This document shows positions 27,100-32,000 of a stretch of 32,000 nucleotides of DNA, one piece after another. The number at the start of each line of letters is the position of its first letter. Position 1 is the stretch's first letter. The stretch is taken from positions 1,260,001-1,292,000 of the forward strand of contig NC_020304.1 of the NCBI RefSeq assembly GCF_000341395.1. Direction: 5' to 3'. Both the position numbers and the translations under genes were made by a program. Under the pieces are notes generated by a model. The model did no database searches. It was not told the origin of the DNA and worked only from the letters and a program-made list of their open reading frames with translations. Source of the DNA: Desulfocapsa sulfexigens DSM 10523 (GTDB taxonomy: Bacteria; Desulfobacterota; Desulfobulbia; Desulfobulbales; Desulfocapsaceae).

Positions 27100-28290
27100 A
27101 TGGATCTCATTGAAAAACAGAGTACAGTTCTTGTTGTTGATGACAGTGAGGCCATCCAGACATTATTAAAGGCGTATCTTCGTGACGGTGGATATAATGT
27201 AATGGGTGCAGTTGATGGCGTGGAAGCGCTTGACGTCTGTCTTCGGAATTCGGTTGACCTCATTCTCCTTGATATAGCCATGCCCAAAATGGATGGTTTT
27301 TCTCTGTGTGAAAGACTGCAGAGTGAAAAAAGGTTACGGGCTATCCCCGTCATCATGCTCTCTGCCCGTGAAGATATGGCGTCAAAAATGCGGTCTTTTG
27401 AGCTTGGAGCGGTTGATTACATAACCAAACCAGTTGGCAGGGGTGAGCTGCTGGCTCGTATTCATACGCATCTGGCAATTAGTCGGCTCACTATTTCCCT
27501 TCAGAATGCGAACAGGGAACTGCTTGTTCAGCAGCAGCAATTACTTCAAGGTCTTCATGCCGCCGCAGACCTTCAAAAACACCTTCTTCCCAGGCGTGTT
27601 CCAGATTGTAAGGAATTACGTTTTGCCTCCTACTTTCAACCCTGCCAGGAGGTAGGGGGGGATATTTATAATATTCAGCGACTGGATAGTGACCATCTGG
27701 CTATCTACATCCTCGATGTTTCCGGGCATGGTTTCCCCGCTGCAATGATGACGGCGCTCGCTACTCAGGCACTTAGCGGTTTTGCTGCGATCACCAAAAA
27801 ACAGGGCATGGATGGAAGGGTGGAAAGCGTTACCTCACCGGGAGAGGTGATTCGGGAGCTGAACAAGGAATTTCCAATGGCCCGTTTTAATCGCTATATG
27901 ACAATCGTGTACCTCCTTTTTAATACGAAAAATAGTACCTTCCGATACTGTTGTGCAGGGCACCCCCCGGTTATTCACATGACGCGTGAGGGAGGAATTA
28001 CAGCCCTGGATACAGGTGGGCCTCCTGCTGGAATGGATGGCCACTGGGATGAGGCTGAGGGCTGTTTAAACAGCGGTGACAGGCTTTTCTTCTATACGGA
28101 CGGTTTTACTGAATATAGTAATGAAAAGGGTGAATTGTACGGTACAGAGCGCTTTTTTAACTCCATGATTGGTAGTCGTGAGTTGCCACTTAAGGAGGCG
28201 GCACGGAGTATTATTGGAGAATTGAAACAGTTTGGCGATCAGCTCGATGGGAATGATGATATGACCCTACTGGTTGTGGAGAAAAAATAG
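27100..28290 (+). CDS. Receiver domain fused to SpoIIE/RsbU-like PP2C phosphatase
   Basis: VLVVDDSEAIQTLLKAYL...DLILLDIAMPKMDGFSL...YITKPVGRGEL; LQKHLLPRRVPDCKELRFASYFQPCQEVGGDIYNI...AIYILDVSGHGFPAAM...GDRLFFYTDGFTEYSN. Confidence 0.95.
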   Translation: MDLIEKQSTVLVVDDSEAIQTLLKAYLRDGGYNVMGAVDGVEALDVCLRNSVDLILLDIAMPKMDGFSLCERLQSEKRLRAIPVIMLSAREDMASKMRSFELGAVDYITKPVGRGELLARIHTHLAISRLTISLQNANRELLVQQQQLLQGLHAAADLQKHLLPRRVPDCKELRFASYFQPCQEVGGDIYNIQRLDSDHLAIYILDVSGHGFPAAMMTALATQALSGFAAITKKQGMDGRVESVTSPGEVIRELNKEFPMARFNRYMTIVYLLFNTKNSTFRYCCAGHPPVIHMTREGGITALDTGGPPAGMDGHWDEAEGCLNSGDRLFFYTDGFTEYSNEKGELYGTERFFNSMIGSRELPLKEAARSIIGELKQFGDQLDGNDDMTLLVVEKK

Positions 28291-28341
28291 TAGGGTGCTT
28301 TCCTGGTAACAGGCGATTGCTGATTGCGAGGAAACAGTACC

Positions 28342-28692
28342 TCAGGGTTTAATGTAGGAAAACCCATCGTTTTGAAGATCAATCAGGGCCACAATACCAG
28401 CAGGAATAATCTCACACTCTTCAATAATCTGTTCTTTCGGAATTTCGAATCGTTCCATCGCATTTTTACACACCTGAAAACGAACACCCTTTATTTTTAG
28501 ATCCCTGACCCGCTCGAGAAGCACTCCAATACTGTTGCGACTCATAAGCTTTGCTGCTGGCCCATTGAAGAGGATTACCAGATCGTGCTCTTCTCCGGGG
28601 ATCGCTTTCAGCAGGTTTACAACATTATTTAAAGCCAGATTCAGTATTGGCTCTTCATTTTGATCCACGTGAAAAACAGCTTTATAGGCCAT
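28342..28692 (-). CDS. DsrE-family protein
   Basis: YKAVFHVDQNEEPILNLALNNVVNLLKAIPGEEHDLVILFNGPAAKLMSRNS...GVRFQVCKNAMERFEIPKEQI...VPAGIVALIDLQNDGFSYIKP. Confidence 0.85.
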   Translation of the reverse strand: MAYKAVFHVDQNEEPILNLALNNVVNLLKAIPGEEHDLVILFNGPAAKLMSRNSIGVLLERVRDLKIKGVRFQVCKNAMERFEIPKEQIIEECEIIPAGIVALIDLQNDGFSYIKP

Positions 28693-28721
28693 AACATTCT
28701 CCTTCTAGTGGTTGACTTGTT

Positions 28722-29273
28722 TTATTGGACACCAAGCAGGGCGTCACGAAGATCTTCACTCACCGGCTTGTTTCCTAACCAGATGGAGAGAAGAGCATGG
28801 TTGAAATATTCGCCTAAAACAGTTCCCTGGGTTTTTCCGGCAATACTGATAACAGTACCCTGATCAGGGGTGTAATCGAGAATGATTTCTTCACCCCGGT
28901 GTACATCGATAAAGGAATTATTAAATTGCTGAATTTCAGGATCAAGCGTTTTAAGTTGTTCTGAAGTGAGGTTTGCCATAAATCCTTCATTCCAGCTATC
29001 AACCAGCTTTTCTCTGCTCACTTCATCATACAGCATATGCATAGTCATTCTTTTTCGGCCTGGGGTGTTGAGGATATCCTCGGCTCTAGGTGATGGGTGC
29101 TCAAGATAGAGTTCAGCAATATAGATTTTAAAGAAAAATTTGGATCGAATACCTGCCCCATTTAGTTTCAAATCAGTACCGAGAGTTTCAGGAACAGTGA
29201 CACCGGCAATCTCAAGTCCCATTGCTGGAACGCTGAAGCAGAGAAGAAAAAGAGAAACAAGTAATTTAAACAT
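28722..29273 (-). CDS. Exported chalcone-isomerase-like domain protein
   Basis: Signal peptide MFKLLVSLFLLCFSVPAMG; EIAGVTVPETLGTDLKLNGAGIRSKFFFKIYIAELYLE...DYTPDQGTVISIAGKTQGTVLGEYFNHALLSIWLGNKPVSEDLRDALLG. Confidence 0.85.
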   Translation of the reverse strand: MFKLLVSLFLLCFSVPAMGLEIAGVTVPETLGTDLKLNGAGIRSKFFFKIYIAELYLEHPSPRAEDILNTPGRKRMTMHMLYDEVSREKLVDSWNEGFMANLTSEQLKTLDPEIQQFNNSFIDVHRGEEIILDYTPDQGTVISIAGKTQGTVLGEYFNHALLSIWLGNKPVSEDLRDALLGVQ

Positions 29274-29428
29274 AATGAAGTACCCACGTTCTGATCGTTG
29301 GCAGGGCTTCCTGTAAGCTACCATAATCAATGTGTAAGAGTTTTTTTTAAAGAAATATCCTAACAGAATTGCGGTTATTCTGGCAATTGGAAAATGTTTT
29401 TTCAAAATAAGGTGCTTTTTTTTTAGAC

Positions 29429-29449
29429 GGTGCTCACTCTGTGAGCACC
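29429..29449. repeat. Perfect 9-bp-arm palindrome between divergent genes
   Basis: GGTGCTCAC-tct-GTGAGCACC. Confidence 0.6.
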
Positions 29450-29496
29450 TCCCCCTGTTATTATCTTTTTAAACACTTTGGAAAGGAGAATAACAG

Positions 29497-29721
29497 ATGA
29501 AAGAGAAAATGATTGATAACGGGGGCCACTGTTTTCAGCCAATTTTGCCACTTGGTTGCTGGACTCCCTATCGTAATAAAAAACCGGGTGTGGCCAGATG
29601 GCTGATGAGGCGATATAGGAAGGAGATTGATTTTGTGCTCGCTGCATTGGCAATTGGCTTTATGCTGTTAGCAGGGATATGGATGTTTCTTGTTGAACTT
29701 GCGGATGTCGGTCTCAGTTAG
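29497..29721 (+). CDS. Small single-pass membrane protein, unknown function
   Basis: Good ribosome site GAAAGGAGAATAACAG-ATG; RYRKEIDFVLAALAIGFMLLAGIWMFLVELA helix. Confidence 0.65.
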   Translation: MKEKMIDNGGHCFQPILPLGCWTPYRNKKPGVARWLMRRYRKEIDFVLAALAIGFMLLAGIWMFLVELADVGLS

Positions 29722-29874
29722 TAGACTGGTCTCAGAATGTGACAATTTCTGATAAAGAGAATTCATTACTTTATGAACGTGATGAGTTAGTATTAGGGGT
29801 AGAAGTGGTTCATTTATGGTATTATCGTTAAAAATTTTATATGAGATTCTGTTTTAAAACGGCTTGAGGACAAG

Positions 29875-31677
29875 ATGACAGAGTATAGTTCAAATACAAC
29901 AAACCACACTTTTCATATTCCGGTTATGGGAACAGGGTTTACCATAGATACGCCGCTGAAAGTAGCAAGGTATGGAATTTCTTCTTCAATTTCTCTGGTG
30001 GATGACGTTCTGATTGAACAGGTACGGAAGTTCTACTGTCAGCAGGAGAATGAACCCTATGAAGAGATCACAAATTCGAGTGACGATTCACGTGCACGTC
30101 GTATCACAGCCTATCTGAATCTTGTTGACCGATTGGTACGACGGCAGGTGGAAGAGTTGCAACGCTCGCCTTTTGAAAAGGAGAGTGAGATCACCAAGTA
30201 CTACGAGATGCTTCCGGACGATTCTCCTCTGAAAAACGAATACGCTGAAATGCTGGCAACTGCTGATCAATCAAAAAAGAGTGCTTTACAGGAAATACTT
30301 CGAACGAAGGCTGTTCCAGGCAGTATCGATGTAAATATCATGACCAAACTTGATCGTGACAGGTATAACAAAGGAGAAAAGTTGTCGCCGATCTACGCCG
30401 ATGCAATGAGTGCTCTGCGAGGTTTTGCAGAAAGCACTCTGAATTCTTCAATGGTTTTTTCGGCAGGGATTAATAAACGATTATATCGTTATATGACAGA
30501 GTTCAAGGATTTTTTTCCCAACGCAAATGGTGAGATGAAAAAGAAAATTATCCTGAAAGTAAGTGATCATCGATCATCGGAGATTCAGGGTCGTTTTCTC
30601 GCAAAATTAGGCTTATGGGCCTCTGAGTTTCGTATTGAATCAGGCTTGAACTGTGGAGGGCATGCCTTTGCGTCTAAGGGGTTTCTACTTGGTGTGGTCC
30701 TCGAAGAGTTCAAAAGGAAAAAAGCTGAGTTACTCAAAAAACTTATCCCCATGTATGCAAAGGGTTTGTCAGAGCAGGGAGCGTGTGACGCCAGACTTCC
30801 GGACGACTTTCGGATTACGGTTCAAGGGGGTGTGGGGACAGCGGATGAACATCAATTTCTTCTGAAATATTATGGGGTAAACAGCGTTGGCTGGGGCACT
30901 CCTTTTATGCTTGTGCCAGAAGCAACCCATATGGATGACGTGAATATTAAACGCCTCATGAATGCCTCGGATGATGATGTTTATCTCAGCGATGCCTCTC
31001 CATTGGGAATTCCTTTCTGGAATTTACGGAGTTCCACCAGTGAAGACAAACGACGTGAACGGATAGAAAAAGGAAAACCTGGTTCTTCCTGCCCGAAGGG
31101 ATTTGTCGGTTTTAATACAGAATTCACCAAGATGCCTATTTGTGTAGCTTCCCGCGCTTATATAAACAAAAAACTCAAGCTTCTTGCAAAGGAAAGCCAT
31201 CCTCCAAAGGCTCTTGATATTATAAAAGAGAGGATACTCGCGAAGGCCTGTATTTGTCACGAACTTGGTGGCAACGCAACTGTTCCTCTTGGTATTGATC
31301 CAGAGGCAGATTCCACGGTCTGCTGCGGGCCTGGGATTGTTGATTTTTGCAAAATTGCAACGCTTCGGGAGATGCTTGATCATATTTATGGACGTTTTTC
31401 ATTGCTGAAATCGAGTGATCGTCCGCATATGTTTGTAAAAGAACTTGGTTTGTATATTGACTATCTTCGTAAAGAAATAGACAACTTTCCGGTGGGACTT
31501 GCAGTGAATAGTGCTTCCTTTCTGGAGGGAATGAGGGAAAATTTGTTTAAGGGTATCGAATATTACCAGGCACTTTCGAGTGAGCTTGTTGAAGATTCCC
31601 AGGAGAAATTTTTGGCGGGATTGAAGAACATGAAAAAAGCCCTCGAACCGTTGTCACTTGACAAGGCGGAGCTGTAA
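29875..31677 (+). CDS. 600-aa conserved-looking protein of unknown function
   Basis: Long ORF with Cys/Gly motifs: ESGLNCGGHAFASKG, TVQGGVGTADEHQFLLKYYGVNSVGWGTPFMLVPEAT, SSCPKGF, KACICHELGG, TVCCGPGIVDFC. Confidence 0.85.
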   Translation: MTEYSSNTTNHTFHIPVMGTGFTIDTPLKVARYGISSSISLVDDVLIEQVRKFYCQQENEPYEEITNSSDDSRARRITAYLNLVDRLVRRQVEELQRSPFEKESEITKYYEMLPDDSPLKNEYAEMLATADQSKKSALQEILRTKAVPGSIDVNIMTKLDRDRYNKGEKLSPIYADAMSALRGFAESTLNSSMVFSAGINKRLYRYMTEFKDFFPNANGEMKKKIILKVSDHRSSEIQGRFLAKLGLWASEFRIESGLNCGGHAFASKGFLLGVVLEEFKRKKAELLKKLIPMYAKGLSEQGACDARLPDDFRITVQGGVGTADEHQFLLKYYGVNSVGWGTPFMLVPEATHMDDVNIKRLMNASDDDVYLSDASPLGIPFWNLRSSTSEDKRRERIEKGKPGSSCPKGFVGFNTEFTKMPICVASRAYINKKLKLLAKESHPPKALDIIKERILAKACICHELGGNATVPLGIDPEADSTVCCGPGIVDFCKIATLREMLDHIYGRFSLLKSSDRPHMFVKELGLYIDYLRKEIDNFPVGLAVNSASFLEGMRENLFKGIEYYQALSSELVEDSQEKFLAGLKNMKKALEPLSLDKAEL

Positions 31678-31747
31678 TTGCTGCGAACAGGGGTAAAGCT
31701 GATTTCTTCTTCTGCACTCCTGTTTCAGGTAACTTCAATATTTTCTA

Positions 31748-32000
31748 TTATTTGTTTCTCTTCACCCATACCTTTTCCGTCCTGGAAACAGTTTCCTGTT
31801 GAACGGGTCTTTTTTTGTAGAGAGAAAGGCCCTGGAGAAAATGACGCAGAAACTGATCGCCGCATGCTTTGTAGTGTTTGTGGCTCTTTCTTCTGAAAAA
31901 GGCTGAGAGTTCAGACTTGGAAATTTCCATTTCAGATAGTTTGAATATCTCCAGCATATCGCTATCCTGATACATGAGTGCAATCCGGATTTTTCGTAAC
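31748..32000 (-). CDS. DUF1456 (YehS-like) protein, C-terminal part; N-terminus beyond window edge
   Basis: Frame open to the edge: LRKIRIALMYQDSDMLEIFKLSEMEISKSELSAFFRRKSHKHYKACGDQFLRHFLQGL matches the DUF1456 repeat pattern. Confidence 0.75.
   Translation of the reverse strand, partial: LRKIRIALMYQDSDMLEIFKLSEMEISKSELSAFFRRKSHKHYKACGDQFLRHFLQGLSLYKKRPVQQETVSRTEKVWVKRNK

Overview
Ordinary-looking chromosomal window from a probable anaerobic Desulfobacterota-type bacterium (an inference from gene content). I see about 30 credible protein genes on both strands, and no tRNA, rRNA, CRISPR, transposon or phage module. Recognisable genes include a histidine kinase tail with a DUF4388-type response regulator, PEGA-like lipoproteins, DsrE-family proteins, a CoA-transferase-GNAT fusion, an adenylate/guanylate cyclase, radA, rnhA with a viroplasmin domain, rsmE, prmA, a corrinoid-activation (RACE/ASKHA) protein next to an AcsE-like methyltransferase, a class II DAHP synthase, a partner-switch cassette (STAS-PilZ, HATPase, receiver-PP2C phosphatase), and a 600-aa conserved-looking unknown. 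The strongest lead is the 1045-aa ORF at 10262..13399. It is a single polypeptide with a radical SAM domain (CNLSCRHC), an arsenite-methyltransferase-like domain (YGCG / SNCVINLSPDK / GECLGGA), a vicinal-Cys linker, a zinc-ribbon-like segment and a C-terminal domain resembling DUF5714. Secondary leads are a long stem structure and terminator-like hairpin in the large intergenic region 5493..6201, an unannotated 39-aa His-rich membrane microprotein (14505..14624), and the STAS-PilZ partner-switch cassette. All family calls come from reading motifs by eye; no searches were run.
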